From the NCBI GenBank assembly GCA_902520385.1, contig CABYOB010000004.1, positions 1 to 53,660 of the forward strand: 53,660 bases of DNA, read 5' to 3'. Below, one piece after another: positions 37,858 to 46,507 of the stretch. The notes beneath the pieces are model-generated. The model saw only the letters and a list, made by a program, of their open reading frames with translations. It ran no database searches and was not told where the DNA came from. Numbering within the stretch: position 1 is the first letter of the stretch; every line of letters starts with the position of its first letter. This DNA comes from an uncultured Bacteroidota bacterium. GTDB taxonomy: Bacteria > Bacteroidota > Bacteroidia > Flavobacteriales > TMED113. The position numbers and the translations under genes were made by a program.

Positions 37858-39009
37858 TTATTTCAATTTATTAAAAGATTTTGATAAATCATTTATCAAA
37901 TCTTCATGATTTTCTATCCCAACACTAATTCTAACTAAGGAATCTGTAATTTTATTTTTTAATTTTAATTCAGCAGATAAGCTAGCATGTGTCATTGAAG
38001 ATGGGTGAGAAATTAAAGATTCCACTCCACCTAAAGATTCCGCTAGTGTAAATATTTTTAGATTAGATAGAAATTTTTTCACAATACCGAAGTTGTTCTT
38101 TTTTAACTTGAATGATACCATTCCGCCAAAACCTTTCATTTGTTTTTTTGCAACTCTGTGATTTGGATGAGTTTTTAAACCAGGCCAAAAAACTTCTTTT
38201 ACCATTTTATGAGAAGATAAAAATAATGCTATTTTTTTGGCATTAAAGCAATGTTTTTCCATCCTTAGATGCAGTGTTTTGATGCCCCTAAGTGTCAAAA
38301 AACAATCCATAGGCCCAGGTATCCCCCCACAACTTTTTTGAATTAAGTATAACTTGTCAGATAAATATTTTTTATTTGTTATTGCGGCGCCTAGTACTAA
38401 ATCAGAATGCCCTCCCAAATATTTTGTTGCAGAGTGAGTAACAATATCGGCACCCAAGTCAAGGGGTGTTTGTAAATAAGGGCTTGCAAATGTGTTATCA
38501 ACCACAGTTAATATTTTGTGTTTTTGTGAAAAATCAGTTATTTTTTTAATGTCAATTATATTCATCATAGGATTAGATGGGGTTTCTATCCAGATCATTT
38601 TTGTCTTCTTAGTGCATAAATTTTTTAATTCTTTGGTAGATTGCAAATCGGAAAAAATAAATTTAAAATTTTGTCTAGTATATATTTGATTAAAAAGTCT
38701 AAAGGTTCCACCGTAGATATCATTTGAACAAATAATTTCATCACCAGGCTTTAATAATCTTAATATACAATCTATTGCAGCCATTCCACTAGCAAAACAA
38801 TAACCATATTTTCCGTTTTCTAAACTACTTACGTTTTGCTCAAGTGCCTTTCTTGTTGGGTTTGAACTTCTAGAGTATTCATATCCGAGATTTTTTCCCG
38901 GACTTTTTTGAATATATGTAGATGTTTGATATATAGGCGTAATAACAGCTCCAGTAGGTTTTTGGTCTGGTTGTAATCCAGAATGAATTATTTTTGTTCC
39001 AAATTTCAT
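37858..39009 (-). CDS. Cystathionine gamma-synthase/lyase (PLP transsulfuration enzyme)
   Basis: YSRSSNPT, ASGMAA, ETPSNP, DNTFASP, HSATKYLGGHSD, LAESLGGVES. Confidence 0.92.
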   Translation of the reverse strand: MKFGTKIIHSGLQPDQKPTGAVITPIYQTSTYIQKSPGKNLGYEYSRSSNPTRKALEQNVSSLENGKYGYCFASGMAAIDCILRLLKPGDEIICSNDIYGGTFRLFNQIYTRQNFKFIFSDLQSTKELKNLCTKKTKMIWIETPSNPMMNIIDIKKITDFSQKHKILTVVDNTFASPYLQTPLDLGADIVTHSATKYLGGHSDLVLGAAITNKKYLSDKLYLIQKSCGGIPGPMDCFLTLRGIKTLHLRMEKHCFNAKKIALFLSSHKMVKEVFWPGLKTHPNHRVAKKQMKGFGGMVSFKLKKNNFGIVKKFLSNLKIFTLAESLGGVESLISHPSSMTHASLSAELKLKNKITDSLVRISVGIENHEDLINDLSKSFNKLK

Positions 39010-39167
39010 TTTAATTAATCTTATATTGTATATACAAACTAGTGAATCGAATTTATGTTATTAATTACATTTTTGCAAAAGTTTAGACATTAGATTTATT
39101 TAATGATATAGTATTTTTTTATAATGCGAAAATACACTTTTGTATATTGCGACTTAAATATATTTTT

Positions 39168-40025
39168 ATGATTTATTCAATGACAGGTTATGCGGTGAAA
39201 TCGCAAGAAATTTTGAAAGATACAGTAACTATTGAGATTAGATGTTTAAATAGTAAAATGTTCGACTTTAGTTTAAAATGCCCAGAAGTATTTTTTTTAT
39301 TAGAGAATCAAATAAAAAAACTTGCAAAAAAAAACTTAAAAAGAGGGAAAGTAGAAATAAAAATTAAAAAGTCGAATAATAGTCAGTCTTCAGAAAAATT
39401 AGATTTAGTGGAAATAAATAAAAAAATGGCGTATTTAAAAAAAATAAGTCCCAAAAGTTCAAATGAAAAATTACTTGAACTTTCATTATTAATACCAAAA
39501 AGTAATCAACAGAGATCTCATAGAATATCAAGAAATTATCAACAAAAGTTTTTAAAATTAGTAATTAGTGTAATAAAAGAAGTGGTAAGTTATAGAGCTA
39601 ATGAGGGTGAATCTTTAAAAAAAGAATTAATTAATTATGTAAATCAAATTTCAACCCAATTGTCAAAAATAATAAGAAGAGATAAGAAAAGAATAGAGAA
39701 TAAAAGAGCAAAAATAAAAACAAAATTTAAAAGTATCATTAAAACATATGATAAAATAAGACTAGAGGAGGAGGTGATTTATTATTTGGAAAAAATGGAT
39801 ATTTCTGAAGAGATAGTTAGATTAAAACACCATATAAAATTTTTTTTACAAATCATGAATAGCAACAAAGAATTAGGTAAAAAAATTAATTTTTTGACAC
39901 AGGAAATGTTGAGAGAAACTAATACAATTGGCTCAAAATCAAATGATTTTGAATTACAGAAAAGTGTTGTGGAAATAAAAGAAAAATTAGAAAACATCAA
40001 AGAGCAAATTCAAAATGTACTTTAA
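39168..40025 (+). CDS. yicC: YicC-family endoribonuclease
   Basis: SMTGY N-terminus; DISEEIVRL, GKKINF..QE..RETNTIGSK, KEQIQNVL. Confidence 0.9.
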   Translation: MIYSMTGYAVKSQEILKDTVTIEIRCLNSKMFDFSLKCPEVFFLLENQIKKLAKKNLKRGKVEIKIKKSNNSQSSEKLDLVEINKKMAYLKKISPKSSNEKLLELSLLIPKSNQQRSHRISRNYQQKFLKLVISVIKEVVSYRANEGESLKKELINYVNQISTQLSKIIRRDKKRIENKRAKIKTKFKSIIKTYDKIRLEEEVIYYLEKMDISEEIVRLKHHIKFFLQIMNSNKELGKKINFLTQEMLRETNTIGSKSNDFELQKSVVEIKEKLENIKEQIQNVL

Positions 40026-40590
40026 AAGAGGAAAAGTTATCATTATTTCTGCCCCAAGTGGATCGGGGAAAACTACTATTACTAAATTTCTGTTAGCTCA
40101 AGATTTAAATTTACATTTTTCAGTTTCTGCTACAAGTAGGAGAAAAAGAGAACATGAAAGAAACGGGGTGGACTATTATTTTTTAGATATAAATCGTTTT
40201 AAAAAGGGAATACAAGATGAAGACTTTTTAGAGTGGGAAGAGGTATATCAAAATACATTTTATGGCACTTTAAAAAATGAGGTTCAATCGATGATACAGT
40301 CAGGCAAGAATATAATTTTTGACATTGATGTAAAAGGTGCTATAACATTGAAAAATTTTTTTAAAAAAAATGCATTTTCCATTTACATTGATGTTCCTTT
40401 TAAAACTATTGAAAAGCGATTAAGGAATAGAGGCACTGAAAAGGAACAGGAAATTTTAAAAAGAATCCAAAAAATAAAAAAAGAGCAGGTTTATAAAAAT
40501 AAGTTTGATGCTATTATGATTAATCTAGATTTAGATAAATTAAAAAAAGACATATTAATAGAGGTTAAAGATTATTTAAAAAATAAATAA
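40015..40590 (+). CDS. gmk: Guanylate kinase
   Basis: SAPSGSGKTT, SVSATSR, GVDYYF, YGT, DIDVKG. Confidence 0.95.
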   Translation: MYFKRGKVIIISAPSGSGKTTITKFLLAQDLNLHFSVSATSRRKREHERNGVDYYFLDINRFKKGIQDEDFLEWEEVYQNTFYGTLKNEVQSMIQSGKNIIFDIDVKGAITLKNFFKKNAFSIYIDVPFKTIEKRLRNRGTEKEQEILKRIQKIKKEQVYKNKFDAIMINLDLDKLKKDILIEVKDYLKNK

Positions 40591-41156
40591 TGAAAGTAGG
40601 TTTGTTTTTTGGAACGTTTAACCCAGTTCACAATGGTCATGTCGAAATTGTTTCCCAATTGTTAAATAAAAAAATATTTAATCAAATATGGATTATCCTA
40701 TCTCCTAGGAGCCCACATAAAAAATTTAATTTAATAAATAAGGAAGCGCGATTAGAAATGTTAAATATTACATTTAAAAATTATGATAATGTTGTAATAA
40801 GTGACGTTGAATTTAAATTTAATCCGCCGAATTATACTATTGATACGTTATCTTATTTAAGTAATAAATTCTCAAAAATTTTTTTTGCAATTATTATGGG
40901 TTCTGATAATTATATTAAAATAAATAGTTGGAGAAACAGTCAAGAGATACAAGAAAAGTATAGTATATATGTTTATCCAAGAGAGGGGGCTCAAATTAAA
41001 AACAAGAATTCTAGAAAGATTAATTATTTAGATTTTCCCATAATCAAAATTTCATCTACTAGTATTAGAGAGGGAATTGCTAATAAAAAAGATATTATAA
41101 CAAGATATCTGCCCCCCAACGTTTATGATTTTATTAAAAAAAATAATCTATATTAA
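40590..41156 (+). CDS. nadD: Nicotinate-nucleotide adenylyltransferase
   Basis: GTFNPVHNGH, YTIDT, IMGSDN, ISSTSIR. Confidence 0.93.
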   Translation: MKVGLFFGTFNPVHNGHVEIVSQLLNKKIFNQIWIILSPRSPHKKFNLINKEARLEMLNITFKNYDNVVISDVEFKFNPPNYTIDTLSYLSNKFSKIFFAIIMGSDNYIKINSWRNSQEIQEKYSIYVYPREGAQIKNKNSRKINYLDFPIIKISSTSIREGIANKKDIITRYLPPNVYDFIKKNNLY

Positions 41157-41158
41157 TT

Positions 41159-41174
41159 TTGGCACGATTGTTGT
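41159..41174 (+). promoter_or_regulatory. Putative sigma54 (-24/-12) promoter with no downstream CDS on this strand
   Basis: TTGGCAC-GATTG-TTGT. Confidence 0.5.
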
Positions 41175-41204
41175 ATAATATGTCAGCAGATAGTATTGGG
41201 GTGT

Positions 41205-41268
41205 GAAGGCAGAATATATATAATTAAATTAGGTGCTACTAAATTTATATATATTCTGCTTTCCTTTT
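41205..41268. terminator. Long stem-loop between convergent nadD and purQ
   Basis: GAAGGCAGAATATATATAA (41205-41223) pairs with TTATATATATTCTGCTTTC (41245-41263), one G-U pair. Confidence 0.7.
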
Positions 41269-41950
41269 AAATGTTTTCAATAATAGATTCAAAAATAAGT
41301 TTGCCATCTATATTATTTAAGTTTTCATCACATGCTCTTTCTGGGTGCGGCATCATTCCAAAAACATTTTTCGCTTTATTACAAATTCCCGCAATATTTT
41401 TCATTGAGCCATTTGGGTTGAACTCCATATTAACTTCTCCATTAGCATCACAATATTTAAATATTATTTGTTTATTAGAAACAAGCGATTTTAATGTTTT
41501 CTGGTCTGTATAGTATCTTCCCTCTGCATGTGCTATAGGAATCTTAAGGGGGGTTTTTGAGTTAATTTTTTTTGTAATTAAACAAGAGTTACTTGATTTA
41601 ATATATAAATTTTTACATATAAATTTTTGATTTATATTCCTAAGCAAGGTGCCAGGTAACAAATTGCATTCACATAAAATTTGAAAACCATTGCAAACGC
41701 CTAACACATATTTACCTTTTCGTGCATGCTCAATAACAGATTTCATAATTGGAGAGAATTGAGCAATTGCTCCAGATCTAAGATAATCTCCATATGAAAA
41801 TCCACCAGGCAGAATAATAAAATCACATTTTTTCAAACTAGTTTCTTTGTGCCACAAAAACTCCACGTCTTGTTTTAGTTTAGTTTTTAGATTATAATAC
41901 ATATCGTGATCACAATTAGAACCAGGAAAAACTACTACGCCAAATTTCAT
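41267..41950 (-). CDS. purQ: FGAM synthase glutaminase subunit
   Basis: FPGSNCD, GGFSYGDYLRSG, GVCNGFQ, AHAEG, MMPHPER. Confidence 0.96.
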   Translation of the reverse strand: MKFGVVVFPGSNCDHDMYYNLKTKLKQDVEFLWHKETSLKKCDFIILPGGFSYGDYLRSGAIAQFSPIMKSVIEHARKGKYVLGVCNGFQILCECNLLPGTLLRNINQKFICKNLYIKSSNSCLITKKINSKTPLKIPIAHAEGRYYTDQKTLKSLVSNKQIIFKYCDANGEVNMEFNPNGSMKNIAGICNKAKNVFGMMPHPERACDENLNNIDGKLIFESIIENI

Positions 41951-42060
41951 TTTTTTAAATTAAATATTTTTATGAAGTTAAAATAGATTTTTAGTAAAAC
42001 AATTTTTTGGTTGCAGATATTTATAAAAAAACTATTTTTGTATTATAAAATTTAATTTTT

Positions 42061-42201
42061 ATGACAGATTTTTTTAATTCTCTAGCAAATATTTTCGAAA
42101 AATCTTTTGAGGTACTTCCTTTTTTGGGGAATTATGCTAATTATTTTTTTATTTTTCTAGCTTGCGTAGCATTTGTAATTTCGGCCAAAAAATTTATTTA
42201 G
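42061..42201 (+). CDS. Small membrane protein (46 aa), possibly DUF6341-like; not in the ORF track
   Basis: MTDFFNSLANIFEKSFEVLPFLGNYANYFFIFLACVAFVISAKKFI; TATTTTTG promoter element at 42033-42040. Confidence 0.6.
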   Translation: MTDFFNSLANIFEKSFEVLPFLGNYANYFFIFLACVAFVISAKKFI

Positions 42202-43474
42202 GTATTAAATCTAAACCAATATCTTTTCTATAATAAACCCCATCAAAATGGATTGCTTTAATTCTTTTATAAGAATTTTGAGTAGCCTGCTTGATACTTT
42301 TACCTAAACTACTTACAGCTAGTACTCTTCCCCCATTTGTTATGATTTTATTATTTTCTTTTTTCGTTCCGGCATGAAAAATAATATTTTGGGCTTCTGA
42401 TGTATTTAATCCAGATATTGATTGTCCGGTAGTATATTTCTCAGGGTACCCTTTAGAGCTTAAAATTACAGTACTGCAACATTTAGCACTAATTTCTAAT
42501 TTTTCTAATTTAAATGCATGTTCATCTTCTATCTTCGAGAATAAATTAACAAGATCAGACTTAATTCTTGGCAAAACAACTTGTGTTTCCGGATCACCTA
42601 AACGTACATTGTACTCAATAACTTTTGGCTCATTATTAACTTTGATAAGGCCTAAAAAAATAAAGCCATAATATTTTATGTTTTCTTTTTTTAAACCTTC
42701 AATTGTTGGTTTAATAATTAAGTTTTCTATTTTTTGCATGAATGCTTTATTTGCAAATGGAACTGGGGAAACAGAGCCCATCCCCCCAGTATTTAATCCA
42801 GTATCTCCTTCACCAATTCTTTTATAGTCTTTAGCTGTAGGTAAAATTTTATAATCAATACCATTAGTTAGAACAAAAACAGATAATTCAATTCCAGATA
42901 AAAACTCCTCAATTAAAACCTCATCACTTGCCGCACCAAATTTATTATCGATTAGCATCTCTTTTAACTCCTTTTCAGCCTCTAATTTATTTTGTAAAAT
43001 AACAACTCCCTTTCCTGCTGCTAATCCATTTGCTTTTAAAACATATGGGGCTTTAATTGATTTCAAATAATTAACAGCTTGTTTAAATTGATTTTTTTTA
43101 AATGATGCATACTTAGCTGTAGGTATTTTATATTTTTCCATGAACTCTTTTGCAAATCGCTTGCTTCCTTCAAGTAAACTGGCTTTTTTTGAGGGAGCAA
43201 TAATAGTTAAATTTGGAAATTTAGGCTTTAGATAATCATATATTCCCTCTACAATAATATTTTCTGGCCCGACAATTAAGATATTTATTTTTTCTTTTAA
43301 AATAAAACTCCCGATACTACTAAATTTTTTAGTATTTAAATTAATGTTGGTCCCTAAGTTATTAGTTCCAGCATTTCCTGGCGCAATAAATAATTTTTTT
43401 AATTTTTTACTAGTAGATAATTTCCAAGCAATAGCATGTTCTCTTCCCCCTGATCCAAGTAATAAAATATTCAT
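42194..43474 (-). CDS. purD: Phosphoribosylamine--glycine ligase
   Basis: GSGGREHA, LEGSK, GLAAGKGV, GLNTGGMG, EYNVRLGDPE, TNGGRV. Confidence 0.97.
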   Translation of the reverse strand: MNILLLGSGGREHAIAWKLSTSKKLKKLFIAPGNAGTNNLGTNINLNTKKFSSIGSFILKEKINILIVGPENIIVEGIYDYLKPKFPNLTIIAPSKKASLLEGSKRFAKEFMEKYKIPTAKYASFKKNQFKQAVNYLKSIKAPYVLKANGLAAGKGVVILQNKLEAEKELKEMLIDNKFGAASDEVLIEEFLSGIELSVFVLTNGIDYKILPTAKDYKRIGEGDTGLNTGGMGSVSPVPFANKAFMQKIENLIIKPTIEGLKKENIKYYGFIFLGLIKVNNEPKVIEYNVRLGDPETQVVLPRIKSDLVNLFSKIEDEHAFKLEKLEISAKCCSTVILSSKGYPEKYTTGQSISGLNTSEAQNIIFHAGTKKENNKIITNGGRVLAVSSLGKSIKQATQNSYKRIKAIHFDGVYYRKDIGLDLIPK

Positions 43475-43479
43475 AGTAT

Positions 43480-44211
43480 TTAATCTTCAATAATTTCTAA
43501 TGAATGAAAAACGTCTTGAACATCATCGTCTTCTTCAAATTTTTCTATCATATTTAAAATGGTGTTCGCGTGATCCTTGCTAATTTTTTTTGTTTCAAGG
43601 GCTAGTCTTTCAAGTCGTGCATTTTTAGGAACTATTTTTAATTCTTCAAGTTTTTTTTGCATTAGTCCAAAGTTTTCAAAGTTAGTAGATAAAAAATAAG
43701 CATCACTCATGGTTTCAAATTCTTCTAGCCCTCCGTCTATTAAGGACATTTCTAGCTCTTCTTCAGAAAAATTCCCAATATTTTTATCTAATTCAAAAAC
43801 ACTGATTCGATTGAATAAAAATTCTAAAGAACCATTTTTACCTAACTCTCCATTAAATTTATTAAATATGGCCCTTATATTAGCTACAGTTCTGTTGATA
43901 TTATCTGTTGTGCATTCTATAAAGAACGCTACGCCTCCTGGACCATATCCTTCGTAAGTAGTTTCAACATAAGTGTCAGAATCTTTTGAAGATGCTTTTT
44001 TGATTGCCCTTTCAATTGTGTCTTTGGGCATATTTACACCTTTGGCGTTTTGTATCGAAGTTTTTAATTTAGGATTAGAAGAAACATCATCACCACCTTC
44101 TTTTACTGCTACATAAATATCTTTTATACAGCGTGTAAATAACTTTCCTCTTTTTTTATCTTGCGCTCCCTTTCTGTGTTTGATGTTTGCCCATTTACTA
44201 TGGCCAGCCAT
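43480..44211 (-). CDS. yebC: YebC/PmpR-family protein
   Basis: MAGHSKWANIKHRK, YEGYGPGG, TDNINRT, DDVQDV. Confidence 0.95.
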   Translation of the reverse strand: MAGHSKWANIKHRKGAQDKKRGKLFTRCIKDIYVAVKEGGDDVSSNPKLKTSIQNAKGVNMPKDTIERAIKKASSKDSDTYVETTYEGYGPGGVAFFIECTTDNINRTVANIRAIFNKFNGELGKNGSLEFLFNRISVFELDKNIGNFSEEELEMSLIDGGLEEFETMSDAYFLSTNFENFGLMQKKLEELKIVPKNARLERLALETKKISKDHANTILNMIEKFEEDDDVQDVFHSLEIIED

Positions 44212-44212
44212 T

Positions 44213-44551
44213 TTATTGTCTTTTATCTAAATAATCATCAGTTCCATTTCTTTTATTTAAATAACTATTATTGTTATTTTTAGTGGACTGAGGAATATAT
44301 TCAGCATCTTCGTTTTTAGAATTTTTATTTACCCTCTCCTTTTTTACTTTTACTTTTTCTTTTGTATTTTTTACTTTTTTAGTTTTTGTAGTTTGCTCAT
44401 CACCCCTTCCCATAAGTATTAATATGCCTAGTACAATAATTACTAAAATTGCAATTCTACGCCCATTTGAGCTGGTTTCAATTTGAGGCTCAACAATTGG
44501 TTTTGCTTTTTTTCTTGCTGTTTTTTTAGCTGGTTTTCTTTTCGCTGCCAT
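44213..44551 (-). CDS. Hypothetical Lys-rich single-TM protein
   Basis: Basic N-terminus, one TM helix, basic C-terminus; TATATTTG element on the minus strand at 44577-44584. Confidence 0.65.
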   Translation of the reverse strand: MAAKRKPAKKTARKKAKPIVEPQIETSSNGRRIAILVIIVLGILILMGRGDEQTTKTKKVKNTKEKVKVKKERVNKNSKNEDAEYIPQSTKNNNNSYLNKRNGTDDYLDKRQ

Positions 44552-44590
44552 TTTTTCGGGTTTTTTAATTAGTCAACAAATATAATAAAA

Positions 44591-46393
44591 CTATTCATTT
44601 AATTTTAAAACTGCTAGAAAAGCAGATTGTGGAATTTCAACATTTCCAAGTTGTTTCATTTTCTTTTTCCCTTTCTTTTGTTTTTCTAGTAATTTTCGCT
44701 TTCTTGTTATATCTCCACCATAACATTTTGCAGTCACATCTTTTCTTAAAGCTTTAACTGTTTCTCTAGCAATTATTTTAGAGCCGATAGCTCCTTGAAT
44801 AGCAATATCAAATTGTTGTCTTGGAATTAATGTTTTTAGTTTAACGCACATTTTTTTTCCAATGTTAAATGCATTATCTCTGTGAATAAGGGAAGATAAA
44901 GCATCTACTTGTTCACCGTTTAATAAGATGTCTACTTTTGTTAAATGAGTTATTTGCATATTTAAGGGCTGATAATCAAATGATGCATAACCCTTGGAGA
45001 TACTTTTTAATCTGTCATAGAAATCAAATACAATTTCCGATAAAGGCATTTCAAGAGAGATTTCTACTCTATTAGTTGTGATATATACTTGATTTTTTAA
45101 TATTCCTCTTTTTTCTATACAAAGATTCATAATGGGTCCAATAAATTGACTATCTGTAATTATTTGGGCTTTAATAAAAGGTTCTTCAACACGCTCTAGA
45201 TGGTTTGATTCAGGTAAGTCAGAGGGATTGTTAACTTGTATAATTTCTCCTTTCTTTGTGTACGCATAATAAGAAACGTTAGGAACAGTGGTTATAACAT
45301 TCATATTGAATTCTCTATCTAAACGTTCTTGAATAATTTCCATATGCAACATGCCCAAAAATCCGCAACGAAATCCAAACCCTAGAGCCATAGATGATTC
45401 AGGTTCAAAAGTTAAGGATGCATCATTTAGTTTTAATTTTTCCATTGAATTTCTTAATTCTTCATAATCATCTGTGTCCACTGGATAGATTCCGGCAAAA
45501 ACCATTGGTTTTACATCTTCAAATCCTTCAATTGGTTTATCACAAGGGGTTTCGATAGAAGTTATGGTGTCTCCGACCTTTACTTCATTAGCATCTTTAA
45601 TTCCAGAAATTATATATCCTACATTTCCAGTAGAAATTGATTCACATTTTTCTTGTTTAAATTTTAATATCCCAACTTCTTCGGCAATATATGATTTGCC
45701 TGTTGCAAAGAACTTTACTTTATCTCCTTTAGAAATAGTTCCATTAACAACTTTAAAATAAGCTTCTATACCCCTAAATGGATTATATACAGAGTCAAAA
45801 ATTAATGCTTGTAATGGCAGTTTTCTGTTACCAGATGGAGATGGTATTTTTTCAATAATATTTTTTATTAAGACTTCGACCCCTAGTCCAGTTTTTCCAG
45901 ATGTCCAAATTATATCTTCTCTTTTACAACCGATTAAATCAATAATTTGATCAGAAACCTCTTCGGGGTTAGCGCTGTCTAAATCTACCTTATTTAGTAC
46001 TGGTATAATTTCAAGATCATTTTCTAAGGCTAAATAAAGATTAGAAATGGTCTGAGCTTGAATTCCTTGTGCAGCATCTACAACCAATAAAGCCCCTTCA
46101 CAAGCTGCAATGGATCTTGATACTTCGTAAGAAAAATCAACATGCCCAGGGGTGTCAATTAGGTTTAAACAATAATTTTCATTATTAAACATTGTTTGCA
46201 TTTGAATAGCGTGGCTTTTAATTGTAATTCCTCGCTCTCTTTCCAAATCCATATTGTCTAATAATTGATTTTGAAGATTTTTCTTTTCAACTGTTTTAGT
46301 AAATTCAAGCAATCTGTCAGCAAGAGTACTTTTCCCATGGTCAATATGGGCGATAATACAGAAATTTCGAATAAAATTTTGTTTATCAGGCAT
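44591..46393 (-). CDS. lepA: Elongation factor 4
   Basis: [42 protein letters not shown]. Confidence 0.98.
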   Translation of the reverse strand: MPDKQNFIRNFCIIAHIDHGKSTLADRLLEFTKTVEKKNLQNQLLDNMDLERERGITIKSHAIQMQTMFNNENYCLNLIDTPGHVDFSYEVSRSIAACEGALLVVDAAQGIQAQTISNLYLALENDLEIIPVLNKVDLDSANPEEVSDQIIDLIGCKREDIIWTSGKTGLGVEVLIKNIIEKIPSPSGNRKLPLQALIFDSVYNPFRGIEAYFKVVNGTISKGDKVKFFATGKSYIAEEVGILKFKQEKCESISTGNVGYIISGIKDANEVKVGDTITSIETPCDKPIEGFEDVKPMVFAGIYPVDTDDYEELRNSMEKLKLNDASLTFEPESSMALGFGFRCGFLGMLHMEIIQERLDREFNMNVITTVPNVSYYAYTKKGEIIQVNNPSDLPESNHLERVEEPFIKAQIITDSQFIGPIMNLCIEKRGILKNQVYITTNRVEISLEMPLSEIVFDFYDRLKSISKGYASFDYQPLNMQITHLTKVDILLNGEQVDALSSLIHRDNAFNIGKKMCVKLKTLIPRQQFDIAIQGAIGSKIIARETVKALRKDVTAKCYGGDITRKRKLLEKQKKGKKKMKQLGNVEIPQSAFLAVLKLNE

Positions 46394-46507
46394 GATTAAT
46401 AATAAAGATTACAAATCTACTTTTTTAATTCTATATTTAATCCTATGTTAAAAAATATTTCTTTATTATAACTATATTTGTTATATCAACACTCAAATTA
46501 AAACTAA

